Assembly: GCA_963793265.1 (NCBI GenBank)
Contig: CAWBZI010000006.1
Location: 864,001-928,000 of the forward strand
From: an uncultured cyanobacterium
Lineage (GTDB): Bacteria; Cyanobacteriota; Cyanobacteriia; Phormidesmidales; Phormidesmidaceae
Reading direction: 5' to 3'
DNA length: 64,000 nucleotides
In this document: positions 51,127-60,673 of the stretch, in pieces
Layout: each line of letters starts with the position of its first letter
Numbering within the stretch: position 1 is the first letter of the stretch
Program-made: the position numbers and the translations under genes
Notes under the pieces: model-generated
The model's database searches: none
Told to the model about the DNA's origin: nothing
Seen by the model: only the letters and a program-made list of their open reading frames with translations

Positions 51127-51372
51127 TTATAGTTCGTCGTAAGCAGCCATTTGAGGATGATTCCAATCTTCGGCAATAGCTTGTAGTCGAGATCGCAACT
51201 CAGCAGCCTGTTCTGCCCCTATTCCTCGGCTCACCAAATCCACCAAATTTTCAGCGCCCGATAGGCCCGCGTTCGTTTTTTCTTGTAAGAACTCAGCGAA
51301 CTTCAACACGGCTTGCTGTTTATCAGGTGCCAGGACGCGGATAGTTTCAAAGATTTGTTATTCAATTAGCAT
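51127..51372 (-). pseudogene. DUF2281-like antitoxin gene with a premature stop
   Basis: MLIE*QIFETIRVLAPDKQQAVLKFAEFL...EDWNHPQMAAYDEL; in-frame TAA at 51360-51358. Confidence 0.65.
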
Positions 51373-51468
51373 ATCTAACTCTGTCAAATAACTATGATAT
51401 GAAGGATGGCAGAAGATAGCCGACTCATTCCGCTGACTATGCAAAACGCCTTCTTACAACATTTGCGC

Positions 51469-51497
51469 TTGCGTCTCCGTAAAAATACGCCTATCAT
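51469..51497 (+). promoter_or_regulatory. sigma70-type promoter of the leader and small ORF
   Basis: TTGCGT-17-TATCAT. Confidence 0.6.
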
Positions 51498-51503
51498 CAT
51501 CTC

Positions 51504-51761
51504 TAAGGTTGTGATGCGGGCTTTCGTACCGCGCTGCACCTTCTCAGAACTCAAAAAGACTAAGCACCGTTGGTAAGTGCTGACACACCTACCAACGGCT
51601 AACGCACAGGATTCCTAAGCAATCCCGGACGCCTAAGGGTCACGATAACCTTTAGTCACCCCGATTTGCACGTCATCTTCGGATGGCATTTCTGTGGTCG
51701 GCTAAGAATTCGCGAGTTCTGGGTTTCCTTACCCTCACCTAAAAACGGAACCCCAGAAATC
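51504..51761 (+). promoter_or_regulatory. highly structured 5' leader RNA
   Basis: Six consecutive hairpins, including a cUUCGg tetraloop and a stem ending 3 nt before ATG 51762. Confidence 0.55.
51553..51636 (-). ncRNA. candidate cis-antisense sRNA (~80 nt)
   Basis: Minus-strand GTGCAA-18-TATCGT promoter, two hairpins that pair better on this strand, ends in a U-tract. Confidence 0.45.
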
Positions 51762-52001
51762 ATGTTCACCCTTTCTCCCCAGGTCGCCTTCGCGTCCACC
51801 GTTCCTCACGACAACAAACCTGTTGCCCAAGCCGAGCCTATTTGTCACACCCTAAAAGGTAGCCTCAGCGCCATCAAAGCCACCATCCGGCTACTGTACA
51901 AACTCAACTACGCCGAACCCGGCGACTGGAGTCCACCGCAACCCACCGACCGACACAACGAATTCATATCTGTTCTAAAGCGACGAGTAACCGTAGGCTA
52001 G
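51762..52001 (+). CDS. small hypothetical protein (79 aa)
   Basis: MFTLSPQ...HTLKGSLSAIKATIRLLYKLNYAEPGDWSPPQPT...FISVLKRR, followed by a terminator. Confidence 0.7.
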   Translation: MFTLSPQVAFASTVPHDNKPVAQAEPICHTLKGSLSAIKATIRLLYKLNYAEPGDWSPPQPTDRHNEFISVLKRRVTVG

Positions 52002-52020
52002 CTACTGGTATTGAACTGCC

Positions 52021-52053
52021 GAGGCGGGGGCTAAGAAGTCCTCGCTCGCTTTT
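52021..52053 (+). terminator. intrinsic terminator
   Basis: GCGGGGGCT-AAGA-AGTCCTCGC, then TCGCTTTT. Confidence 0.55.
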
Positions 52054-52213
52054 CTATGCGTATCTTGGTGAAGCGCTGCTTAAGTACAACAGAAGGTTGA
52101 TCTGAGGAAGTTTGCAGCGCAGCATGTTTGTTTGCCTGAGCATCTCTTAAAACAAAACCCTAAACCATAACGGCTCAGGGACTGCTTCAACTATTTATTC
52201 AACAATTGGCCGA

Positions 52214-52286
52214 TGCCAGGAGGCGGACTTGAACCGCCGACACGAGGATTTTCAATCCACTGCTCTACCAGCTGAGCTATCCCGGC
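52214..52286 (-). tRNA. trnF: tRNA-Phe (GAA)
   Basis: GCCGGGATAGCTCAGCTGGTAGAGCAGTGGATTGAAAATCCTCGTGTCGGCGGTTCAAGTCCGCCTCCTGGCA folds as a cloverleaf; CCA not encoded. Confidence 0.95.
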
Positions 52287-52435
52287 TTGCGCGTTTTGCG
52301 CTTAACCAAAGTAGCAAACTAGGGGGACGCAAGCAAGCAAGTTTTTCAAGGGTCAGCCAATTGAGTGAAATCCTCAGTTTTGATTGACACCGACCCTCAA
52401 GTAATGCTGCAAACCACCTAGCTTGAATAGCAGCG

Positions 52436-52870
52436 CTATTGGATAGGACGCAGTCGAGCGACTTTGAGTGAGAAGGGGCCTGCGCCGCCACCTGCATAGG
52501 AGCGAATGCGAATGGTGTATTTGCCGGTTTCGCTGATGCGAGCAAAGAGCAGAGAATTGGTAGAGCCGTCGGGGCCGTCGTCGTTTTCGCTGACGGTAAT
52601 GCCGTTTCCATCCATGAGGGTGACGAGGGTATCAAATTCGTCAGAGATGGCGTCGATGGTGATTTGATCGCCTGATTCTAAATCGACTACGTAGTCGCGA
52701 GCAAAGCCGCCAAAGCCTGTAGGAATATCAGAGGTAGAGAGCGTATCTTTGATCTCTTCGGTGCTGATGTCCTCTGGGTTGTACATTTGCGCTGACGCTT
52801 TAGTCGCACTAAGGCCCATAGATAGCACGAGAGCAGGAACGAGAAGCGACAGGAATCTGGTGGGTTTCAT
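52436..52870 (-). CDS. secreted PPC (pre-peptidase C-terminal) domain protein
   Basis: Signal peptide ending ASA, FDTLVTL...ENDDG...GKYTIRIRSY. Confidence 0.85.
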   Translation of the reverse strand: MKPTRFLSLLVPALVLSMGLSATKASAQMYNPEDISTEEIKDTLSTSDIPTGFGGFARDYVVDLESGDQITIDAISDEFDTLVTLMDGNGITVSENDDGPDGSTNSLLFARISETGKYTIRIRSYAGGGAGPFSLKVARLRPIQ

Positions 52871-53059
52871 ACTGAAGTTAAATTTAGATGTGCTGGTCAA
52901 AAAAAGGGTGAACGCTACCAATATGCCCGAGAAATATACTCACAACTATTGATAGCGACAGTATAAACCGTCCATTTTACGGACGCTTAATGAGAGCAAG
53001 CTTAGCGGCATTTGGCGTTCTTAAATGTTCAATGCCGCCGTACTAAAGACTAAGGACAG

Positions 53060-53293
53060 CTAAGGCTCGCTAGAAGGCGCTTCAGGCTTGTAATAGTCAT
53101 CGGCGGTAATGTTCGCCGCTTTGCCCTGTTCGTTAATGCAGCCAGCTTTCTTGTTGAACTGACACACTCTGGCCCAAAGCTTGGCGCGGGTGCCCTGGGG
53201 GCCAGAGGAAAAGATGACGCGATCGCCGCCAGCAGCACCCGCGATAATTTGAACGCTGCAAATCGGACAGGTTTGAGTCGTGGGTTCTGCCAT
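53060..53293 (-). CDS. small Cys-containing hypothetical protein
   Basis: MAEPTTQTCPIC...VIFSSGPQGTRAKLWARVCQF...GCIN; start at ATG 53293. Confidence 0.7.
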   Translation of the reverse strand: MAEPTTQTCPICSVQIIAGAAGGDRVIFSSGPQGTRAKLWARVCQFNKKAGCINEQGKAANITADDYYKPEAPSSEP

Positions 53294-53408
53294 AACACGA
53301 AAGAGATGATAGGGTCTAAAAAAATCCTTCAGAGTGAAGAAGGGAACGAACAAGGCCGTAGCCAATAATGAACTAGCGTATCAAAACACCGGCTTTTACA
53401 ACATACAT

Positions 53409-53933
53409 ATGGCGCTTCCAAAACGTTTCTCCAAAAAATCGGGATTTTCTAAGCCAAATCAGCCGTCAGGCGATGTGCCTGCTTCAATGAAAAGGTTGCG
53501 CCAGCTTAGTCATCTGCTCGACAACGCGATCGCTCTCCCCGGCACAGACATTCGCTTCGGACTAGACCCCATTCTGGGCCTAGTGGGTGCAGACGTACTC
53601 ACCGGACTGGTATCGGTATATATCGTATTTGAAGGAGCCCGGATGGGCCTGCCTGCTGCGACCATAGGGCGTATGGGATTCAATATTGTGCTCGATACGC
53701 TCACCGGGCTAGTGCCTGTGCTCGGAGACTTATTCGATGTGACCTGGAAGGCAAACGCCCAAAACGTCGCGCTTTTAGAAAAGCATTTGGCCAATCCTGA
53801 GCCTAGCCGGGCAGCTGATAGAGTGTTTGCCTTTTTGGTGATTGCAGCGCTGCTGGCGCTGGTAGTTGGGATGGCCGTGTTCTCGGTGTGGGTGATTAGT
53901 CAGGTGTTTGGGTTTTTGACAGGCCCACGATAG
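53409..53933 (+). CDS. DUF4112 family membrane protein
   Basis: LDNAIALPGT..RFGLDPILGL, GDLFDVTWKAN. Confidence 0.88.
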   Translation: MALPKRFSKKSGFSKPNQPSGDVPASMKRLRQLSHLLDNAIALPGTDIRFGLDPILGLVGADVLTGLVSVYIVFEGARMGLPAATIGRMGFNIVLDTLTGLVPVLGDLFDVTWKANAQNVALLEKHLANPEPSRAADRVFAFLVIAALLALVVGMAVFSVWVISQVFGFLTGPR

Positions 53934-54041
53934 GAGCAGAGGTAAGCGCTAAAACCTGCTCTTAATCCTTAGCCGCTTTTAATTCTTAACAGAGGGAATG
54001 GCTGTGGCATAATAATTCGGCTCCTTGCCGCTAGGTTTTAG

Positions 54042-55214
54042 ATGACAGCTAAGCAGTTTACTGCGGATATTTCTGGGCCTGACCAGTCGGTTGAGCTGGA
54101 GGTTTCGGTGCCCGAGGCAGAAAGCAGCCTCTCTGACTATGAGTTTCATCAGCAGGTAGATGTGGCCTGGCAGGTGTGTGATCGCTTCGATTTGCAAACA
54201 GATATCTGGCGCGGTCGCATACTGCGCGTTGTGCGCGATAGAGAAAAACGCGGTGGCACAGCAGATGTGGAGAATAAGGAAGGTGAGAAAAGCGGCGATA
54301 CCGGCGGTGTCGGCTTTCTCAACTGGCTTAAAGATAGAGACGTGAGTAAAAGCCAGGCTTACGTTCTAATTGATCTAGCCAACAGCGCCGATCAGATGCT
54401 CGAAGAAGGACTGATTGAAACCAAAGACGTGAATCGTTTTAGCAAGCGAGCCTTTATGGAAACGGCTCAAGCCTCGCCAGAAGTGCAGCAAATTGTCAGC
54501 GAAGCGGCCCGCAGAGGCGATCAGATTACGCGCAAAGAAGTTAAAAACCTGTCCGATGATTGGACAGCGATGAACTCAGACTTAATTCCTGAATCTGTGC
54601 GAGAAAAGGCCGCAGATAACACTATTCCTTCTCGCTATCTGGCCCCGCTGGTAAAAGAGATGGAGAAGCTGCCAGTTTCTCATCAGCAGACGCTCAAAAA
54701 CGAGATTGATGAGAATCCTGATGTAGACATGCTTAAGCAGGTGACCGCCGAAGCTAAGTACCTGTCTCGGTATATAGAGGCGGCGGCTCAGGTGCGATCG
54801 CTCGACCCCGAACAAATCAACTTAGAACTCGCCCTGGACGAAGCCCTTAGAGTCGGGTGTCTAAACTCAGCCGCCGATTTGGTCAATCAGGCCACTCAGC
54901 TAGAGCAGGCCACCGTCAAGCTCTACACCGCCTGGAAACGCATGAATAAGCTTTCAGATCGCGTGTATGTAGACAGCGGCGAAAGCACACCGCATCTTAG
55001 AGCATTGCTCGCGGCCCTGACGCCTTTATGCAGCGAATTTATCGAAGTGCAGCTTGGTGAAACGAACAGCCCCACCTCTCGCCAAATTCGGCTTAGGATG
55101 CTTAGCGATGAAATGACGCCAGAGACAAATGTTACAGATTCTAGCGCTGAGCATAACGGAGCTGCACTAAAGCGCCCAGAATCCCCAATCGACGTGCCTA
55201 GTGAAGCGGTTTGA
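54042..55214 (+). CDS. conserved hypothetical protein
   Basis: 390-aa ORF with motif AWQVCDRFDLQTDIWRGRILR. Confidence 0.75.
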   Translation: MTAKQFTADISGPDQSVELEVSVPEAESSLSDYEFHQQVDVAWQVCDRFDLQTDIWRGRILRVVRDREKRGGTADVENKEGEKSGDTGGVGFLNWLKDRDVSKSQAYVLIDLANSADQMLEEGLIETKDVNRFSKRAFMETAQASPEVQQIVSEAARRGDQITRKEVKNLSDDWTAMNSDLIPESVREKAADNTIPSRYLAPLVKEMEKLPVSHQQTLKNEIDENPDVDMLKQVTAEAKYLSRYIEAAAQVRSLDPEQINLELALDEALRVGCLNSAADLVNQATQLEQATVKLYTAWKRMNKLSDRVYVDSGESTPHLRALLAALTPLCSEFIEVQLGETNSPTSRQIRLRMLSDEMTPETNVTDSSAEHNGAALKRPESPIDVPSEAV

Positions 55215-55411
55215 GAAGGAAGTAGCCAATAGGTAGAGGCACCTGAGAGCCCTGATCAGCGTCAATAAGATTTACCGATAGATTGCGCGTCTATTCATAT
55301 GACTGGCCCTATCACCTTTCCCGTTGTGATTCTGATACGCTATAAGGAAAGATGAATTGGTAAGAACTATTAAGTAGAGCCGATTTATACTCAACCCAGG
55401 ATGAAACAATC

Positions 55412-56107
55412 ATGCCAACCCTTGAAGCCAGCCCAGTGATGGACTTCCAGAGTGAAACCTATAAGGATGCTTACAGCCGCATTAACGCGATTGTCATTGA
55501 AGGAGAACTCGAAGCTAACGACAACTACAAGCAGTTAGCTGAGCGCCTAAACGAGCATAAGGACGAGCTGATTAAGCTAGCTCGAATGGAAACTAAGCAC
55601 ATGAAAGGCTTTCAAGCCTGCGGCAAAAACCTTAGCGTTACGCCCAACATGCCGTTTGCTAAAGAATTCTTTGCTAAGCTACACAACAATTTTCAAACGG
55701 CCTACGCCGACGGCAAAATTGTTACCTGTCTGCTGATTCAGTCTTTGATTATTGAGACATTTGCGATCGCAGCCTACAACATCTACATCCCCGTCGCTGA
55801 CGACTTCGCTCGCAAAATTACCGAAGGCGTTGTCAAAGACGAATATATGCACCTCAACTTTGGCGAAGAGTGGCTCAAGGCCAACTTTGAAACCGCTAAA
55901 GCAGAGCTAGAAGCAGCCAACCGCGCTAACTTGCCGCTGGTGTGGACAATGCTTAACGAAGTTGCCACCGACGCGGCTGTACTGGGCATGGAAAAAGACG
56001 CCCTCGTCGAAGACTTCATGATTACCTACGGCGAAGCGCTTGGTAATATCGGCTTCAGCGCCCGCGAGGTCATGAAGCTATCTGCTCAGGGTCTTGCGGC
56101 TGTCTAA
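55412..56107 (+). CDS. ado: aldehyde-deformylating oxygenase
   Basis: [27 protein letters not shown] di-iron motifs. Confidence 0.96.
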   Translation: MPTLEASPVMDFQSETYKDAYSRINAIVIEGELEANDNYKQLAERLNEHKDELIKLARMETKHMKGFQACGKNLSVTPNMPFAKEFFAKLHNNFQTAYADGKIVTCLLIQSLIIETFAIAAYNIYIPVADDFARKITEGVVKDEYMHLNFGEEWLKANFETAKAELEAANRANLPLVWTMLNEVATDAAVLGMEKDALVEDFMITYGEALGNIGFSAREVMKLSAQGLAAV

Positions 56108-56132
56108 ATAGCTGTATAGATGTCTGTGCTGC

Positions 56133-56167
56133 GGCCCTGCTTTGTTCATTCGGGCAGGGCCAATTTT
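56133..56167 (+). terminator. hairpin between ado and aar
   Basis: GGCCCTGC...GCAGGGCC followed by AATTTT. Confidence 0.5.
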
Positions 56168-56253
56168 CTTCTAGTTGCCGCCGGGTGACGCTATATTCGG
56201 TTCTTTTTCAATCCCATTACTTTTAACGCATAAAACGACGTTACTAACCCTGA

Positions 56254-57273
56254 ATGTTTGGTTTAATCGGTCATCTCACAAGCTTAGAACATGCTAAATC
56301 TGTGGCTCACGATTTGGGATATCCCGAATATGCCGACCAGGACTTAGACTTTTGGTGCAGTGCGCCGCCGCAGATCGTCGACCACTTCAAGGTCACCAGC
56401 GCTACGGGTCAAACCATTGAAGGTAAGTACGTCGAATCTTGTTTTTTGCCAGAGATGCTAGCCCATCGCCGCATTAAAGCAGCCACTCGCAAAATTTTGA
56501 ACGCGATGGCCCACGCCCAAAAGAACGGCATCAACATCACAGCATTGGGCGGATTTTCCTCCATCATTTTTGAAAACTTTAACCTGGATCAAATTAAGCG
56601 CGTTCGCAATCTGGATCTAGACTTCAAAAAGTTCACAACGGGCAACACGCACACTGCCTACATCATTTGCAAGCAGGTAGAAGAAGCCGCTCCTAAGTAC
56701 GGCATCGATCTAACCAAAGCTACCGTGGCCGTCTGTGGGGCCACTGGTGATATTGGTAGCGCCGTGTGCCGATGGCTCAAAGCTCGCACGGGCGTAAAAG
56801 AGCTGCTGCTCGTCGCCCGTAATCAAGAGCGGCTCAACAACCTGAAAACAGAGCTAGATTTTGGCACAGTCGTGCCGATGGATGAAGCGCTACCCCAGGC
56901 AGATGTGGTGGTGTGGGTGGCAAGTTTGCCCAAAGGCTTAGATGTAGACGTGACCACGCTCAAGCAGCCTTGTTTGATGGTAGATGGCGGCTATCCCAAA
57001 AATATTGACGTGGCCTTTGCACATCCTGGCGTTCATGTGCTCAAAGGTGGCATTGTGGAGCACTCGCTAGATATTGACTGGCACATCATGAATATTGTAA
57101 ACATGGACGTGCCGGGCCGTCAGCTATTTGCCTGTTTTGCAGAGTCGATGCTGCTGGAGTTTGAAAAGCTCCACACCAACTTTTCATGGGGTCGCAATCA
57201 AATCACACTAGAAAAGATGGATTTAATCGGTGAAGCTTCGCGACGTCACGGATTTAGACCACTGCTCACCTAA
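56254..57273 (+). CDS. aar: acyl-ACP reductase
   Basis: [33 protein letters not shown]. Confidence 0.96.
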   Translation: MFGLIGHLTSLEHAKSVAHDLGYPEYADQDLDFWCSAPPQIVDHFKVTSATGQTIEGKYVESCFLPEMLAHRRIKAATRKILNAMAHAQKNGINITALGGFSSIIFENFNLDQIKRVRNLDLDFKKFTTGNTHTAYIICKQVEEAAPKYGIDLTKATVAVCGATGDIGSAVCRWLKARTGVKELLLVARNQERLNNLKTELDFGTVVPMDEALPQADVVVWVASLPKGLDVDVTTLKQPCLMVDGGYPKNIDVAFAHPGVHVLKGGIVEHSLDIDWHIMNIVNMDVPGRQLFACFAESMLLEFEKLHTNFSWGRNQITLEKMDLIGEASRRHGFRPLLT

Positions 57274-57376
57274 GACTCTTACCTAAGCACCTCACTGATC
57301 TATCAGGCTTCGGGTTTCCTATAGATTCGACAATTACGGTAATCTAGAGTCACTGCTACTGAGCGCTATATCCCCC

Positions 57377-58351
57377 ATGGCAACGACTGAACGTAGGCCA
57401 ATCTTGCTGGACTTTGAAAAGCCACTAGCCGAGCTGGAGTCTAGAATCACCCAAATTCGAGATTTGGCCGAGGACAATGACGTAGATGTTTCTAAGGAAA
57501 TTTACGAGCTAGAGTCGCGGGCTCAGCAGCTACGGCAGGAGATTTTCACCAGTCTATCGCCCTCCCAGCGGATTCAGGTTGCCCGGCATCCGCGTCGGCC
57601 CAGTACGCTCGACTATATTCAGGCGGTGAGCGATGAGTGGATAGAGCTGCACGGCGATCGCCGCTCCGGCAAGGATGATCTGGCCTTAGTCGGTGGCATT
57701 GCCCGTTTTGAGGGCCGTCCGGTGATGATGATGGGCCATCAAAAAGGGCGTGATACCAAAGACAATGTGGCACGTAATTTTGGCATGCCCGTGCCCGGTG
57801 GCTATCGGAAGGCGATGCGGCTGATGGAACATGCCAATCGGTTTGGGATGCCGATTATGACGTTTATTGATACGCCGGGCGCTTGGCCAGGCTTTGAAGC
57901 AGAAGAAATGGGTCAGGGGGAGGCGATCGCCTACAACCTCAGGGAAATGTTTCGGCTAGACGTGCCGATTATTTGCACCGTGATTGGTGAAGGCGGCTCG
58001 GGAGGTGCATTGGGCATTGGGGTGGGCGATCGCCTGCTGATGTTCGAGCATTCTGTTTACTACGTGGCGAGCCCTGAAGCCTGCGCCTCTATTTTGTGGA
58101 AAGATGCTTCGCGCTCAGCCCAGGCCGCTGAAGCTCTAAAGGTGACCGCTTGGGACTTAAAGAGTCTTGGCATTTTAGATCAGCTATTGCCAGAGCCGAT
58201 TGGTGGTGCTCATGCCGCGCCGATTGAGGCGGCAAATACGCTGCAGCAGGCGCTTGCACAAAATTTGAACGTACTGCTAGAGCTGAGCCCAGAGCAGCGG
58301 CGATCGGAGCGCTATAACAAGTTTCGGCAGATTGGTGCTTATACCGAATAG
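57377..58351 (+). CDS. accA: acetyl-CoA carboxylase carboxyltransferase alpha
   Basis: [21 protein letters not shown]. Confidence 0.97.
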   Translation: MATTERRPILLDFEKPLAELESRITQIRDLAEDNDVDVSKEIYELESRAQQLRQEIFTSLSPSQRIQVARHPRRPSTLDYIQAVSDEWIELHGDRRSGKDDLALVGGIARFEGRPVMMMGHQKGRDTKDNVARNFGMPVPGGYRKAMRLMEHANRFGMPIMTFIDTPGAWPGFEAEEMGQGEAIAYNLREMFRLDVPIICTVIGEGGSGGALGIGVGDRLLMFEHSVYYVASPEACASILWKDASRSAQAAEALKVTAWDLKSLGILDQLLPEPIGGAHAAPIEAANTLQQALAQNLNVLLELSPEQRRSERYNKFRQIGAYTE

Positions 58352-58553
58352 TTTTATGGCCGGTAATTCTTAGATGCATTCGGCGATCGCGACAGCTCGA
58401 TTCACTCATCCGTGACCGTTACCAGTTAACATTTATTTACGAGAATATCAATTTTTCTCATTTTGCCCTATCAAGCTCTGCGAGAGAGGCCCTATCAGGG
58501 CTGTTGAGTGGGCAACCTTTTAACGTTTGACTATCGATTAGGAAACACTTTTT

Positions 58554-59306
58554 ATGGCTATCTCCGACGGGATTCCGGCTGCTGATGGAGGCCAAAGCTT
58601 AAGCGACTACGCCCTCAAAGACGCAGGGCAAACCACCAATAGCAACGGCAAACCCAAAAGCCGCCCCGCTCGTGAAACCAAGCACGGCAGCACCACCCCT
58701 CGTCATCCTTCTGCCGTAGATCCCACCAAAGATAACGGCCCCATGATGGACGCCGTACGCACGATGCTGCTTTCTGTTGGAGAAGATCCTGAGCGTGAAG
58801 GGCTGCTTAAAACGCCCCATCGCGTTGCTGAGGCCATGCGTTTTCTCACCCAGGGCTATTCTCAGTCATTAGAAACCATCGTTAACGACGCCATTTTTGA
58901 CGAAGGGCATAACGAAATGGTGCTGGTGCGCGACATTAACTTTTTTAGCCTGTGTGAGCACCACATGCTGCCGTTTATGGGCCGCGCGCACGTCGCCTAC
59001 ATTCCCAATCAAAGGGTAGTTGGTCTTAGCAAACTCGCCCGCATCGTGGAAATGTACGCTCGCCGGTTGCAGGTACAAGAGCGCCTGAACCGTCAGATTG
59101 CAGAAGCTGTACAGGAAATATTAGATCCGTTAGGCGTTGCGGTCGTGATGGAAGCAAGCCATATGTGTATGGCAATGCGAGGCGTACAAAAGCCGGGGTC
59201 TTGGACGGTGACGAGTGCGATGGTGGGCGTTTTTGATGAAGATGCCAAAGCCCGAGAGGAGTTTTTGAGTCTGATTCGTCACCAGCCAGGATTTGCTAAC
59301 TATTAG
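58554..59306 (+). CDS. folE: GTP cyclohydrolase I
   Basis: [32 protein letters not shown]. Confidence 0.96.
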   Translation: MAISDGIPAADGGQSLSDYALKDAGQTTNSNGKPKSRPARETKHGSTTPRHPSAVDPTKDNGPMMDAVRTMLLSVGEDPEREGLLKTPHRVAEAMRFLTQGYSQSLETIVNDAIFDEGHNEMVLVRDINFFSLCEHHMLPFMGRAHVAYIPNQRVVGLSKLARIVEMYARRLQVQERLNRQIAEAVQEILDPLGVAVVMEASHMCMAMRGVQKPGSWTVTSAMVGVFDEDAKAREEFLSLIRHQPGFANY

Positions 59307-59394
59307 CCCGCTACGATTCATCCAAAAGCGATAAAAGAAAGTCTTCATTACGTCGCCTTCCATTTTTTGAGCACCAACGATAAAGTTGGAGTGA

Positions 59395-59898
59395 TTGATG
59401 ACCTTCACAGTTGAACCTATCGTTATGACAACCAGCGCACCTATCGTTGAGAACCTTTCGAGCCTTGAAGAAGGTGACGACAATACGCCCGCTAGCCCGA
59501 TAGAAGTGATCGAAACGGTTATTTCTAGCCTGGAGCAGGAGGGCTCGGCGATGGTCAATCGCTCAGAGAGCGGCCATCTGTGGAAGTTCAAATACGGTAC
59601 GGTTGATGTATTCGTACAGCTATCGGGCGAAACCGATGACGATACGTTGACTACATGGTCGCCAGTACACAAGCTGCCCGTGCAAAACGAGCCTGATATG
59701 ATGCGCCGTTTGCTAGAGCTAAACTGCGGCAGCACGTTTGAAGCTTGCTTTGGCCTGATTGATCAAAGCGTGGTGGTGTTTGCAGCGCGTACGCTTAAAG
59801 ATATTAGCCCTAGCGAAATTTCTCGGCTAATGACGATTGTGGCTTCGATTGCCGATGAAAATGACGAAGTGCTTTTGAAGGACTACCCATCTGCTTAA
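59395..59898 (+). CDS. YbjN/CesT-like chaperone-fold protein
   Basis: WKFKYGTVDVFV, LLELN, IADENDEVL; start uncertain. Confidence 0.75.
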   Translation: MMTFTVEPIVMTTSAPIVENLSSLEEGDDNTPASPIEVIETVISSLEQEGSAMVNRSESGHLWKFKYGTVDVFVQLSGETDDDTLTTWSPVHKLPVQNEPDMMRRLLELNCGSTFEACFGLIDQSVVVFAARTLKDISPSEISRLMTIVASIADENDEVLLKDYPSA

Positions 59899-60652
59899 AC
59901 CGATCTCTCAAGGTAAAGCCTGGCGAGCTATTCCCTTAATGGAGGGAACAGGTATTGAGCAAATGGCGATTGATAGCTGGCTGCTCGATCAGCATGTGAA
60001 GGGATTGCAGCCGCCAAGCCTGCGATTTTATACCTGGAGCAAACCCACTATTTCGCTGGGATACCATCAGCGCCAGTTTCCCGAGAGCTGGAACAAGTTG
60101 CAGTGGCACGAGCACCCGATAGATCTCGTCCGCAGACCTACTGGCGGCAGAGCGGTATTGCACCAAGGCGATCTAACTTATGCCCTGGTTACATCAGGAT
60201 TAAAAGGCTCACGCAGAGATGTTTATCAACAGCTCTGTCAATTTTTGATTGAAGGCTGGCGCGATTTAGGTGTAGCGCTTTCGTTTGGCACAGCGGGACG
60301 GGGATACATCCATAATCCAAATTGCTTTGGCACAGCGACAGCGGCAGACTTAGTAACAGCAGACGGCTACAAGCTCATTGGCAGCGCTCAGGTTTACCGT
60401 GACGGCTGTGTGTTGCAGCATGGCTCTATACGACTACAGCCTAACGTTGAGCTGTTTGAGGCGGTATTTGGTGAGAAGCTAACAACATCGATCGGGAAAT
60501 TGGAATTAAATCAGGTTACGACAGCACTGGTAAAGGCGGCTAGCCGTAGCTTTGGAGTTGAGTTTGAGACGCGATCGCTCACAACAGCCGAACGAAAAGA
60601 CGCGCTTACAAATCACTGGCTAGAACTTGATCGGCACTCAAACCAAAGCTAA
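59891..60652 (+). CDS. lipoate-protein ligase A / octanoyltransferase family protein
   Basis: QMAID, RRPTGGRAVLH, KLIGSAQ, LQHGSI. The N-terminus probably extends upstream of ATG 59939. Confidence 0.85.
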   Translation: MLKPISQGKAWRAIPLMEGTGIEQMAIDSWLLDQHVKGLQPPSLRFYTWSKPTISLGYHQRQFPESWNKLQWHEHPIDLVRRPTGGRAVLHQGDLTYALVTSGLKGSRRDVYQQLCQFLIEGWRDLGVALSFGTAGRGYIHNPNCFGTATAADLVTADGYKLIGSAQVYRDGCVLQHGSIRLQPNVELFEAVFGEKLTTSIGKLELNQVTTALVKAASRSFGVEFETRSLTTAERKDALTNHWLELDRHSNQS

Positions 60653-60673
60653 GAAACAAACGTCGCTCTTATC

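Noticed and set aside
51328..51341. TGCCAGGACGCGGA, a 13/14 match to the tRNA-Phe 3' end, as a possible att site
   Set aside because: It lies mid-gene in the DUF2281-like frame, which reads sensibly on both sides, and no integrase is present. Treated as probable coincidence.
51666..51761. TTG-start 32-aa N-terminal extension of the small ORF given in the track
   Set aside because: It has no RBS and runs through the hairpin-rich leader; ATG 51762 is the more plausible start.
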